Assembly: GCA_945861645.1 (NCBI GenBank)
Contig: CAMAVZ010000018.1
Span: 1 to 37,836, forward strand
Length of the DNA: 37,836 nucleotides
DNA from: Opitutus sp. GAS368
GTDB lineage: Bacteria > Verrucomicrobiota > Verrucomicrobiia > Opitutales > Opitutaceae
Direction: 5' to 3'
Numbering within the stretch: the stretch's first letter is position 1; every line of letters starts with the position of its first letter. A model generated the notes under the pieces. That model saw nothing but the letters and a program-made list of their open reading frames with translations, did not search any database and was not told where the DNA came from. The position numbers and the translations under genes were made by a program. Below are positions 8,707 to 18,084 of the stretch, one piece after another.

Positions 8707-9585
8707 CTAGGGCGCCCGCTTGACCGCTTGATTGAGTATATTTTTTGCCTCATCCAAGGTTTTCTTTTCTTGGGCCGTGAGCGTGCCAAATCCTTGGTGG
8801 TTTATTTTGTCGAGGATGCGATCGACCTCAGGGCCCAGTGGCTGGGGGTCGCGGCTGGCATTCGATGGCCTTTGGGCTATTTTGGTAGCCCCGAGCCAGG
8901 CTGGTCGGGCTAGCTGAGCGAACCTCGTCCCACCGGGGTGGGCGTGGATAAAATTATAATACAGCCAGCCGATGGCCATACTCCCGAGGTGGGCGGAAGG
9001 CGAAAAATCGATCGGAGCGAAGGCGCCTAGGATCTCATAAAGCACGAAACAAAATAGATCGACGACCAGCAATGCCCACAGAATTTGGCGAGCATTGAAG
9101 GCCATGGGAAGGAACATTAAGCGCACTTCGCGCTGCGGTTCGAGCAAGGCCAAGATTGTGAACAAACCCATTACTCCCGCCCCCGCCCCAAAGTAGGTGC
9201 CGCCGTGCCCCCAATGGACAACGGTCCAAGTAAGCCCGCCCCCCAAAATAGCCGCCACCAGCACCGTCAAAAATCGCTTGGTCCCGAGGCGCGGGACCAG
9301 ATCGCCGCCAATATAAGCCAGAGAGATCAACACGAACAGGAGATGGAAAGGGTTGTGGGTGTCATGCAGCAGGCTGTAGCTGAGCAACCGCCAAATTTCC
9401 CCGCCGTGCAGCGCCGCACTGGTCAGGGGGAGGGTCGTAATCAGTGGTCCGCCGACCGGCCACCAAGGGGATAGCAGCACGAGTTCAACGACATAGGCCG
9501 CCGCCAGAATCGAAATGACCCAAATATGAACGCTCGTGCCCTCCCGCTGGTAGCTATTCCGCATGGAGGGTCGGTCAGACAACAT
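8707..9585 (-). CDS. Rhomboid-family intramembrane protein with C-terminal DUF6576-like tail; catalytic Ser apparently absent
   Basis: WRLLSYSLLH...PFHL, multiple TM helices, SAHLG catalytic His, C-terminal VDRILDKINHQGFGTLTAQEKKTL. The GxSx position reads GAGAG. Confidence 0.85.
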   Translation of the reverse strand: MLSDRPSMRNSYQREGTSVHIWVISILAAAYVVELVLLSPWWPVGGPLITTLPLTSAALHGGEIWRLLSYSLLHDTHNPFHLLFVLISLAYIGGDLVPRLGTKRFLTVLVAAILGGGLTWTVVHWGHGGTYFGAGAGVMGLFTILALLEPQREVRLMFLPMAFNARQILWALLVVDLFCFVLYEILGAFAPIDFSPSAHLGSMAIGWLYYNFIHAHPGGTRFAQLARPAWLGATKIAQRPSNASRDPQPLGPEVDRILDKINHQGFGTLTAQEKKTLDEAKNILNQAVKRAP

Positions 9586-9704
9586 CGGGTTATGCTAGCG
9601 GAACTGCGGCCAAACACAAGTTTCACTCCGGTGATTTTGCCGTTAAGCCACAAAGATATTCGGCTACTTGACAGAGCCCTAAATAATCATTGGATCTTCT
9701 CGCA

Positions 9705-9938
9705 ATGGCCAACATAGCAGAAAAGTGGAAAAATAACGCCGACGGTAAGTTCTACGTCGACCAGCAATGCATTGATTGTGATCTCTGCCGTGAGACCGCT
9801 CCCGCGTTTTTTAAACGTGAAGAAGAGGGTGGTTTTTCCTTTGTTCACAATCAGCCCACAACCGATGAGGACGTGCAGCTCTGCGTGGAAGCCATGGAAG
9901 GCTGCCCCGTTGAGGCTATCGGCAACGACGGCGCTTAA
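9705..9938 (+). CDS. Monocluster [4Fe-4S] ferredoxin
   Basis: YVDQQCIDCDLC ... CPVEAI (CxxCxxC...CP); ATG at 9705. Confidence 0.92.
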   Translation: MANIAEKWKNNADGKFYVDQQCIDCDLCRETAPAFFKREEEGGFSFVHNQPTTDEDVQLCVEAMEGCPVEAIGNDGA

Positions 9939-9950
9939 CCGTCGTTTTCA

Positions 9951-9975
9951 GCCGTCCCAGGTGGGCGGTTTTTTT
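9951..9975 (+). terminator. Rho-independent terminator after ferredoxin
   Basis: gccgtcc-caggt-gggcggt stem-loop followed by a T-run. Confidence 0.7.
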
Positions 9976-10027
9976 GTGGCTCTACTGTTAAGCCTGTCAT
10001 TTTATCAATTAACCTAGGGTAAATTAA

Positions 10028-11866
10028 GTGCATCGTGCCATCATTCGCCGGGGTTTGGGTATTGCTGGTTTTATTTTAGGGTGGGGTAATTTGGCGGCCA
10101 CCGAGAAAATTTATGCGCTGCCCAAGTTTACAACGTTCTCAGATCAAGTAGCCAATCAGACCCCCGTCGCGGCCTTGGCGATGCCGGTATCGGGGCTGCG
10201 TTTTGAGCCGAGGGTGGATGTGCAAGAGCGCAATATGGCGGAGGGGCAGGCGGATGTGTCGATTCGCGGTGGGATTTTTGAAAACACGGGATTCAAGATT
10301 GGCGCCCTCGGTTTGTGTGATCCGCAAACTGGGCACTATTTAGCGGAAATCCCCATCGCGCCGAGCATGTTACTTTCGCCCAAAATTTTAACGGGTGTCG
10401 CCAATGCATTCGCGGGCTTTAATGCCGGAGTGGGCACGGTCGCTTATGGTTGGCGGCCGATCGAATCACGCGGAGAGGCGGCCATGGCTTTCGGTAATTA
10501 TGCCACTCACCGACAGAGTTTGTATCAAGCAGGCGTATCATCGTCGATGGTGGCGGGTGGGACTTTGGCGGCTGATGTCGATCTGGCGCGGTCGGAGTCG
10601 GATGGCTCCGTGCCGTTTGGCGATCACCGCTTCGAGCGGGCGGCCGGTCGCGTGCAATGGCGCGATGCGCAAAATCAGACGGATCTTTTTGCGGGGACGC
10701 AGCATAAGTTTTTTGGCTGGCCCAATCTTTATACGCCCTTCGGGGTTAACGAAACCGAGGATCTGCACTCACAACTTTATCTGCTCAATCATCGGACGGG
10801 GACTACCGCAGATCATTACTGGGAAGTGGGCGCTTATTACCGGCGCAATTACGATGATTATGAATACAATCGCTCAATCCCGGGGCAATTTAATCCCTAT
10901 CAACATACGACGCAGGTGCGGGCTTTTTCATTGGAGGGTCGGCAGGATTTCACCGCCTGTATCATCGCTTTCCATGCGCAGTTGATGACTGACCAGCTAG
11001 AATCAACGGCGCTAACTTTTGGTCATTTCAACACGCGACGTTACCTCAAGTTGGCGGTCGTCCCTGAGTGGCGTTGGACGTCCCCGACGGGGCAAATGCA
11101 ATTTCGTGCGGGGGCCAGCTACGATGATTCCAATCGCGACGCCGCGGCGCTCTCCCCGATGGTGGCGATCGAATTGGTCCAAGCCCAGGGCGACCGCTTT
11201 TATTTAAACTATGCGGAGAGTAGCCAGGTGCCGACCTACACGGCGCTGAATTCAAATCCGGGGGCCGGATTGTTTCGTGGCAACGCTAATTTAGGCCGAG
11301 AAATAAGTCGCAATCTGGAAACGGGTTTTGATTTTCGGGTGCTCGGTTGGAGAGTCGAAAGTGCGGTTTTTTACCGTCGGGATGATCAGCTGACCGATTG
11401 GACGTTTACGCGCGGAGTCACCGCGCGCACAGCCAATGCGGTTGATACCGCGACTTGGGGTGGTGAGTTGGTCGCGATTCGGCAAACGCCGCGCTACCGT
11501 TTAGTGCTGGGTTATACGCGGCTGAGTAAAGCGGCGCATTACGGTGCGGCTAACATTGACGCTAGTTTTTACGCCCTTAATTTTGCCGAGCATCGCCTGA
11601 CTGCGGCCGTGATGCTGCGACTAGGCGCGGGCTGGGAGTTGCGCGTTGATCATGAATTTAGGGTGCAGGCTAAAAATCTGCTGCGGGTCATCGGTGGCAA
11701 TCAAGCTTGGGGGGCCGCGGTGGGGCTTTATTATCTGCCTCCGCGACTGCGCGGGGTGGAATTTTCTGCACTCGTGGACAATCTTTGGGGTAGCGATTTT
11801 CAACAAGTGCCGGGAGTCCCCGCGGCTCGGCGCCAGTACGCCGTCGGCGTGGCCTATCGCTGGTAG
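10028..11866 (+). CDS. TonB-dependent outer-membrane receptor
   Basis: Signal peptide, plug-like segment (VDVQER...DVSIRGG), amphipathic beta strands, GNANLGRE, DNL and C-terminal aromatic residue (GVAYRW). Confidence 0.85.
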   Translation: MHRAIIRRGLGIAGFILGWGNLAATEKIYALPKFTTFSDQVANQTPVAALAMPVSGLRFEPRVDVQERNMAEGQADVSIRGGIFENTGFKIGALGLCDPQTGHYLAEIPIAPSMLLSPKILTGVANAFAGFNAGVGTVAYGWRPIESRGEAAMAFGNYATHRQSLYQAGVSSSMVAGGTLAADVDLARSESDGSVPFGDHRFERAAGRVQWRDAQNQTDLFAGTQHKFFGWPNLYTPFGVNETEDLHSQLYLLNHRTGTTADHYWEVGAYYRRNYDDYEYNRSIPGQFNPYQHTTQVRAFSLEGRQDFTACIIAFHAQLMTDQLESTALTFGHFNTRRYLKLAVVPEWRWTSPTGQMQFRAGASYDDSNRDAAALSPMVAIELVQAQGDRFYLNYAESSQVPTYTALNSNPGAGLFRGNANLGREISRNLETGFDFRVLGWRVESAVFYRRDDQLTDWTFTRGVTARTANAVDTATWGGELVAIRQTPRYRLVLGYTRLSKAAHYGAANIDASFYALNFAEHRLTAAVMLRLGAGWELRVDHEFRVQAKNLLRVIGGNQAWGAAVGLYYLPPRLRGVEFSALVDNLWGSDFQQVPGVPAARRQYAVGVAYRW

Positions 11867-11921
11867 GTGCACGTCCAATGCGTTTGACAGCAGCGTGCTC
11901 GGCGCGGTCCTTTCGCCGGCG

Positions 11922-12492
11922 ATGGCCAATCCTTTGCTTGATCGCTCCTTTCATATTCGCTGGTCGCAACTCACTGCCGAGCAAGCCGGACCGGCGATCG
12001 CGCACGCGCTAGCTGAGGCGGCTCAGGCCATCGCCCGAATTGAGACATTACCGTTGGGGCAAGTGGATTACGCCCAGACTTTTCTCGCGTTAGAAAATGC
12101 CCCCGATCTGTTGAATGAAACGTGGGGGAAGCTAACCCATTTGATGAGCGTGGCGGATGCGCCCGCTTGGCGGGAGGTGCAGCATGATAGTTAGCGAGCC
12201 ACGTACGCCGACGACCGAGCATCGATTTAACCATATTTTTTCTGATCCGGTCGGCTACGCTGCGGGCTATTATTCCTACAAATAGGCGGAGGTACTTGAT
12301 GCCGATGATTTTACCCGTTTTCAGCGGGAGGGCATTTTCAATCCAAGCGGCGGGGCGGAGTTGGTTACAAAAATTCTCCGTCGGGGAAATGCGGTTGATC
12401 CGATGGAATTATTTGCCGCTTTCATGGGGCGCGCTCCTGATCAACAGGCCCTGTTGAAGCGGGCGGGCTTGCTTGAGGCGGGTCTTTTATAA
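11922..12492 (+). pseudogene. prlC: Oligopeptidase A (M3A) remnant with large internal deletion, frameshift and nonsense codon
   Basis: N-terminus MANPLL...[13 protein letters not shown] stops at 12192-12194. A second frame reads [26 protein letters not shown]...FMGRAPDQQALLKRAGL, the M3A C-terminus, with the conserved Trp codon as TAG (12283-12285). The HExxH region is missing. Confidence 0.88.
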
Positions 12493-12587
12493 CGCTGGGG
12501 CGTTTTTCCACCCGACTATTTTCCGCTGGCAAATCATCCTTTTTTGGCAATTTGTGCTGTTCGTAACTTTTTAACTCTTTTTTTACC

Positions 12588-13280
12588 ATGCTTCTCATCA
12601 TTGCACTCGTCGCGGTTCCCATGCTGTTCGGTCTGTACGCGCAGATGCGCGTGTCGCGCGCGTATTCTAAGAATTTGAAAATCGCTTCACGCGGTAATAT
12701 TACGGGCCGAGAAGCGGCGGCCGCCGTTATGGAAAGTGCGGGGATTCATGACGTCGAAATTGTCGAAATCGAAGGTCATTTGTCGGATCATTTTGATCCC
12801 ATCAATAAGCGGCTAGCACTGTCCTCCGCCAATTATCGTGGTTCCAGTCTAGCGGCGCTCGGCGTATCCGCCCACGAGGCGGGCCACGCGATCCAACAGA
12901 AAGTCGGTTATTCGATGATGAAAATCCGGCAAACGCTGGTACCGGCTACGCAAATTGCGGCCGGGGCCTCCAATTTTCTCATCCTAGCCGGCGTGCTTTT
13001 AATCAGCACCGCGATCGGCGGAAAAATGTTGATGATCGGCGCCGTGGCACTGGCGGTGATCTGTTTATTTCAATTAGTTACCCTGCCGGTTGAATTTGAT
13101 GCTAGTCGCCGCGCCAAGGTGCAATTGGTGAACTTGGGAATCCTGAGTCGCGACGAGATGGAAGGGGTCAATGATACCCTCGATGCGGCGGCGTTGACTT
13201 ACGTGGCGGCCTTCGTCGCGTCCTTGGGCAGCTTGCTGCACATTCTCTTGATGCTATCGGGCAACCGTCGCAACGACTGA
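12588..13280 (+). CDS. YugP-like membrane zinc metallopeptidase (Zn_peptidase_2)
   Basis: LSDHFDP, AHEAGHAIQ (HExxH), LVTLPVEFDASRRA, AAALTYVAA. Confidence 0.92.
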   Translation: MLLIIALVAVPMLFGLYAQMRVSRAYSKNLKIASRGNITGREAAAAVMESAGIHDVEIVEIEGHLSDHFDPINKRLALSSANYRGSSLAALGVSAHEAGHAIQQKVGYSMMKIRQTLVPATQIAAGASNFLILAGVLLISTAIGGKMLMIGAVALAVICLFQLVTLPVEFDASRRAKVQLVNLGILSRDEMEGVNDTLDAAALTYVAAFVASLGSLLHILLMLSGNRRND

Positions 13281-13307
13281 ACGGAAGCCTGACTCCCGTC
13301 GCTGGGA

Positions 13308-14447
13308 TCAGAGCGTGATGACGCGCTGCTCGGCGTGGCTTTGAAGCGCTGCCGTCCAGAGCTCATGATGGGCCACCGCTTCATCCGGCGTGGCGCAGCC
13401 AAAGCGGTCTCCGAGTTGCCCGGCGCGCTCGGCCAGGTAAGCCGCCCACATTTGCTGCAAGAGATCGGGGAAGCCCGGTTCAAAGATACCTCCGGTAATT
13501 GTCTTAAAAGGCATGGTGAAGCCAAGGTCGGTCGCGGTCCAAGTTTGCTCTTTACCCCGTGCATAAGTGAGCAGGGTCTTGGGTTGCTTGGTGGAAAAGC
13601 GCACCCCGCTGTCGGTGCCAAGAATTTCTATTTCCCAGGAATTCGTATCTGTCGGGCTCATCCGCTTGGTCTCGAGGGTGAGCGGAATACCTGTCTGGCT
13701 GGGTAGATCGAGGGTGCAGTGCAGCGTGGCATTATCCCAAGTATCGTTCGGCGCGGTGCCGCCTTTGCCATCCGGCCGGACCGTATAAATTTTTTGCAAT
13801 TGAGCGTAGAGGCGGCTCGGTTTCCAGCCGAGGCGCAGGGGCACGTGGGCAACGTGCAAGCCAAGGTCGTTCATGACGCCGGCTTCGCCACAGAATTTAT
13901 TCTGGCGTTTCCAATTGATGGTCTTGGTGGGGTCGAGATCGCTGGAATGGAGGAAGCTGCTGCGCATCGAGAGCAGCGGGCCGAGCGCGCCAGTCTGAGC
14001 GATGGCGATCGCGCGTTGGGCGCCGGGTAAAAAGGGAAATTCGGAAGAGACGCGCACGAAACGCCGGAGGCGGACGGCTTCATCGCGAATGCGACGAGCG
14101 GCAGCGAGGTCGATCCCAAAAGGTTTTTCCGCAAAAAGATCTTTGCCCGCCCGCAGGACATCAAGGTAGAGCGACTCGTGGAGATGATGCGGCACGGCCA
14201 CGTAAATTACATCGAGGTCCGGGCGAGCGAGTAGCGTGCGGTGATCGGTATCAAAATATTTCACGGTGGGCACTTGACGAAACCAGTCGAGGGCCAGCGG
14301 ATTAATATCACACACCGCGGTGAGCTCGGGGCGAACCGGGCAATCGAGCAGGGCAAACCAGCGACCAAAGGCGCTCGCCACTTCTCGGCCCATGAGGCCA
14401 GCGCCGATGATGCCAACCCGAACAACAGTAGCGGATGATGTACTCAT
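13308..14447 (-). CDS. Gfo/Idh/MocA-family NAD(P)-dependent oxidoreductase (cytoplasmic)
   Basis: GIIGAGLMG Rossmann motif, AVPHHLH, EKP, DLGLH; no signal peptide. Confidence 0.9.
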   Translation of the reverse strand: MSTSSATVVRVGIIGAGLMGREVASAFGRWFALLDCPVRPELTAVCDINPLALDWFRQVPTVKYFDTDHRTLLARPDLDVIYVAVPHHLHESLYLDVLRAGKDLFAEKPFGIDLAAARRIRDEAVRLRRFVRVSSEFPFLPGAQRAIAIAQTGALGPLLSMRSSFLHSSDLDPTKTINWKRQNKFCGEAGVMNDLGLHVAHVPLRLGWKPSRLYAQLQKIYTVRPDGKGGTAPNDTWDNATLHCTLDLPSQTGIPLTLETKRMSPTDTNSWEIEILGTDSGVRFSTKQPKTLLTYARGKEQTWTATDLGFTMPFKTITGGIFEPGFPDLLQQMWAAYLAERAGQLGDRFGCATPDEAVAHHELWTAALQSHAEQRVITL

Positions 14448-14637
14448 GAATTAATAAAATATTCTTCAGCCATTCCAGCCAAGGGCGCGATCAATAAATT
14501 AATAGTATCAGCCATTTCGCCGCCATAAGGCGACCTCGCAGATTTGCTAACAATCAGGGTAGGCAAGGCGCAGCAGGATCAGCGAGGGGATCGTATTACC
14601 CGGAATTTTTCTGAAAAACCTGCTGGGTTGTCTGCCC

Positions 14638-16002
14638 TCATGGAAACAATTCCATGAGGGCATCGGCGAAGATGGTCATGCCGCGCGCGTTCGGATGGTT
14701 GATTGAGTTTAGCATGATCGTGCTATGCGGAATGCCCTGCCGCCAGAGTCGTCCGTAACGGCGCGCGGCGTCTGCCAGGGCTACCTTGTGCTCACGGGCG
14801 AAGGTGCGCAGGCCGGCCACGTAGGGGCGCGGGTCCTCATCCACCTCGCGCTCGCGAGTGAGGCCCATCCAGTCAGGCCGTACATAATGGGGCGTAAAAA
14901 TAATCCATTCGGCCCCGAGGCTCTGGAAATCGATGAGCAACTTGGTGTAGCGCTCTTCGACTTGCTCGGGTTTCAGGCCTGCATCATTCACGAATTCTGA
15001 GATAATCAGGTCAGGCTTTGCTCCGAGCACTTTCTCCTGGTAGTTGTGTTGGCTCCCGGGTGGCTCGTGCAAGTAGCTGGCCGTGTTACGTCCGCCCCAC
15101 GCTTCCGTGGTGAGCTCGATGTTGGCGCGAGGGAAACGTTGGCGCAGTCGCGTCACGAACTGCTCTTGCCAGCGCTCGAGGGAGGGATTCGACAGATAGG
15201 ACGCGTCGGTGACGCTGTCGCCCCAAGCGAGAATGTGCAACCGTTCGCCGGCTTGCAGTTTTTTCAGTGCCTTAGGTATCAGCCGCTCGGCGGCACGGGG
15301 ACTCGTCTGCGGTGATTCGGGATAAGTAGTTTCTAAAATGGGAAATAAATTATCGGGAGTGAGTTTGGGCAACTGTCCGGGTAGCCAGATGTGCGCCAGC
15401 AGATTTTCGCCTGCCTCAATCTTGGGCGGCTCCGGTGCCGCGGCGCGCGAATGGCCTAGGCGCAGAATAATTTCCCCAGCCCGTGAGCGGATCACCGCAT
15501 CGAGGCGGAGTTGGGCGTGACGATAGCTAGCATAGACCGGCTGACCTACCTTGATTCGGCCAGTAGTTAAACGGCCGATCGTGCCCCACTGAGGGTCAAT
15601 TTCATAATCCTCGCCTCGGCGAAAGATCGGGGCGGCAGCGGTCGGACCAGTGCGCAATTCAAGACTGTCGGGTTCGAGGAGAAAAGGCGTGGTCGTTTCT
15701 TGCGCGCGGATTCCGCTAAGCTGAGCCCCTTTCGCCCAGCCAGAGGTCTTGGGATTGAAGATCGGAAGTGCAGCGAATTTCTCCGCGTTCACTGTGATGA
15801 TTGTGGGCGGAGCGATTTGCAGTGTCGTGACCGCGCCTGGAGCTGCTTCCGTCGATACCATCACCGTCCAGTCGCCGGAAATCTTCAAATCAACAGGGGC
15901 CCTCGTGCGGCCACTCGCAGTAATACTCATGGCCAGCAACAGCGCTGAAAAACAGCTCGGTCGGATGACTAGAGCAAAAGCGGAATATTTTCTACCGAGC
16001 AT
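14638..16002 (-). CDS. Secreted SGNH/GDSL hydrolase (putative carbohydrate esterase) with N-terminal beta domain
   Basis: WGDSVT (block I), AWGGRNT (II), EFVND (III), INHPN (V); hydrophobic N-terminus. Confidence 0.85.
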   Translation of the reverse strand: MLGRKYSAFALVIRPSCFSALLLAMSITASGRTRAPVDLKISGDWTVMVSTEAAPGAVTTLQIAPPTIITVNAEKFAALPIFNPKTSGWAKGAQLSGIRAQETTTPFLLEPDSLELRTGPTAAAPIFRRGEDYEIDPQWGTIGRLTTGRIKVGQPVYASYRHAQLRLDAVIRSRAGEIILRLGHSRAAAPEPPKIEAGENLLAHIWLPGQLPKLTPDNLFPILETTYPESPQTSPRAAERLIPKALKKLQAGERLHILAWGDSVTDASYLSNPSLERWQEQFVTRLRQRFPRANIELTTEAWGGRNTASYLHEPPGSQHNYQEKVLGAKPDLIISEFVNDAGLKPEQVEERYTKLLIDFQSLGAEWIIFTPHYVRPDWMGLTREREVDEDPRPYVAGLRTFAREHKVALADAARRYGRLWRQGIPHSTIMLNSINHPNARGMTIFADALMELFP

Positions 16003-16038
16003 ATTTTATAAGTTCGAGTAGCTCGCATACTCTCGTGC

Positions 16039-17025
16039 TTAAAAATCGAATTGGTCGATGTTGGTGCGGTTGAAAATAAAGGGCTGGCCGAGGAGGATAT
16101 TGTCACCTTTGATTTCAAAGGTGCCGAGGGAGCCGGCTTTAAAGCTGGTCGCGCCAGGCTTCAGCTCATCGCGGGCTACCGCCGCCGCCGCATAGATCGT
16201 TAAATACCCTAGATCTTCGGTTTTCCAGAGCATCACACTGTCGGTCACCCCTTCATGGACATAACGCCGATTCTCACTGGGTAGCCCGAGGCCGATAACT
16301 TTAACCTGACCGGTTTTGCCGGCTTGTTTAACTGCTTCAGCGGCGCCGGGCACACCGGGAGAGCAGATCGCCATGAGCAGTTTGAGGCGGGGATTGGCGC
16401 TCATGAGCGCGGTGGCTTCGGACTGCGCTTTGTCTTTGAGGTCATCACAGGGCCGCACGGCGACGAGTTTCATCTTGGGATATTTTTCCGCGAGACGCTG
16501 ATCAATATATTTGAGCCATTCGCGCTGGTTGCCGGCTGTGAGCGTCGCCGAAATAATGGCAAACTCGCCTTCCGCCCCGCACAACCGCGCCGCCTCATCC
16601 ATTAAACCGGAGGCAATGCCTTGCGGCGTGGCTTGATTGACAAAAAATGAACGGGCGTCGGGTAAAGCGTCAGCATCGAAGGTGATGACTTTGATGCCTT
16701 GTTTCTGCGCTTTGCGCAGTGCGGTGGAAATGCCCTGTTTGTTTTCCGCGGCAACCGTGATGACATCGACGCCGAGCGTGATCCAATTTTCGACGATTTC
16801 ATTTTGTTTGGCCGCATTACTGTCAGTGGGACCATCAAAGAGTAACTCAAAACCCAGTTCCTTGGCCGCGCGGTCGGCGCCATGTTTGCACGAGATGAAG
16901 TACGCGTTGCCCTTGGATTTAGGCATCATGGCAATCATGAGCTTAGCCTCGGCGGCAAACACAGTTGGCAGACCAGCTAACAGAAGAGTGGCGGATAACA
17001 GGCAGCGGGAGACGTGATGATTCAT
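16039..17025 (-). CDS. Sugar ABC transporter substrate-binding protein (RhaS/LsrB family)
   Basis: Signal peptide; MPKSKGNAYF, DGPT, TFDAD, VNQAT, LWKTEDLGY, FNRTNIDQFDF. Confidence 0.88.
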   Translation of the reverse strand: MNHHVSRCLLSATLLLAGLPTVFAAEAKLMIAMMPKSKGNAYFISCKHGADRAAKELGFELLFDGPTDSNAAKQNEIVENWITLGVDVITVAAENKQGISTALRKAQKQGIKVITFDADALPDARSFFVNQATPQGIASGLMDEAARLCGAEGEFAIISATLTAGNQREWLKYIDQRLAEKYPKMKLVAVRPCDDLKDKAQSEATALMSANPRLKLLMAICSPGVPGAAEAVKQAGKTGQVKVIGLGLPSENRRYVHEGVTDSVMLWKTEDLGYLTIYAAAAVARDELKPGATSFKAGSLGTFEIKGDNILLGQPFIFNRTNIDQFDF

Positions 17026-17046
17026 AGTGGGTAGTGGGTGGGATAA

Positions 17047-18084
17047 TTAGCGCGCCTGACGGCGCACTCGAAGGTAATTTAAGAATGTGGGCACCGCACT
17101 GCCGGTCAAGGCGAGGAGGAGCAGCGCGCCGGTTAAAAGACCGGATATTTCTTCGGCGGCATTGAGGCGAATCACCACGGGGAGGCAGGCGAGCCCATTT
17201 TTTAGTACGGCGATCGCGGCTACTCCGAGCAAAGTGCCGGTGACACTGCCGCGGCCACCAAAAATACTGGTGCCGCCCAGAACCACGGCCGTGATGGCAA
17301 AGAGTTCATAACCGGTGCCGGCATCCGCCTTCGCTTGGCCGAGTCGCGCGGTGTAGATCAGGGCAGCGAGCGCAGCGATGATCCCGGCTAAAATATATAC
17401 GATACTCACGCGGCGCTCTACGGGGAGGCCTGCGTAGCGTGCTCCCTCTGGGGAAAATCCGATCACGCGAAACGATCGTCCCCAAATTGTACGATGGACC
17501 AATATCCAGACGAGCACCGCCATTAATAAAAATAACCACGCTTGCATGGGCAGTCCGTTCCAGCGCTCTTGGCCTAAGAAAAGAAATCCACTGGGAAAAT
17601 CAGTATAAGTGACGGCGCCCTGCGTGATCGCTTCAGCTAGTCCGCGGAAAAGTGAGTAGGTGCCGAGGGTCACTATGAGCGGCGGGAGTCGCAGCGCGGT
17701 GATCAAGCCTGCATTGAGCCCGCCCCCCATTGCGCCCACGACGAGCGTGAGGGCCGCCGCGAGGGGAATGGAGAGGCCGCCATCATGCCAGAGCTTGCCA
17801 AAAACAATCGCGCATAGTCCGAGCAGGGAACCGACCGACAGATCGATGCCCGCGGTCAGAACGACCGGCGTCAAGGCTAAGGCCAGTAAGCCGATTTCAC
17901 AGGAGTGGCGCAGAATATCGAATTGCCGATCGAGAGTACCGAAGCCTACGAGGTGGCCCCGACGATTAGTTGAGGTGCCATAATGGTAAAAAATTAACCA
18001 CTCAATCACGAGGACGGCCAAGAGCAGCGTCTCGTAGCGGAGGAGGGAGCGTCGCCAGCTTGGCTGATTATTGGCCGCGATCAT
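17047..18084 (-). CDS. Sugar ABC transporter permease
   Basis: GIDLSVGS, PPLIVTLGT, ELFAITAVVLGGTSIFGGRG. Confidence 0.92.
   Translation of the reverse strand: MIAANNQPSWRRSLLRYETLLLAVLVIEWLIFYHYGTSTNRRGHLVGFGTLDRQFDILRHSCEIGLLALALTPVVLTAGIDLSVGSLLGLCAIVFGKLWHDGGLSIPLAAALTLVVGAMGGGLNAGLITALRLPPLIVTLGTYSLFRGLAEAITQGAVTYTDFPSGFLFLGQERWNGLPMQAWLFLLMAVLVWILVHRTIWGRSFRVIGFSPEGARYAGLPVERRVSIVYILAGIIAALAALIYTARLGQAKADAGTGYELFAITAVVLGGTSIFGGRGSVTGTLLGVAAIAVLKNGLACLPVVIRLNAAEEISGLLTGALLLLALTGSAVPTFLNYLRVRRQAR

Noticed and set aside
8707-9585. Rhomboid as the rhombosortase for the GlyGly-CTERM-like protein
   Set aside because: It lacks the catalytic Ser and carries a DUF6576-like tail typical of a different rhomboid subfamily.
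12283-12285. TAG at a conserved Trp as evidence of stop-codon recoding
   Set aside because: TAG terminates intact genes in this window (e.g. at 1981, 6424 and 11866), and this locus is independently broken by a deletion and frameshift.
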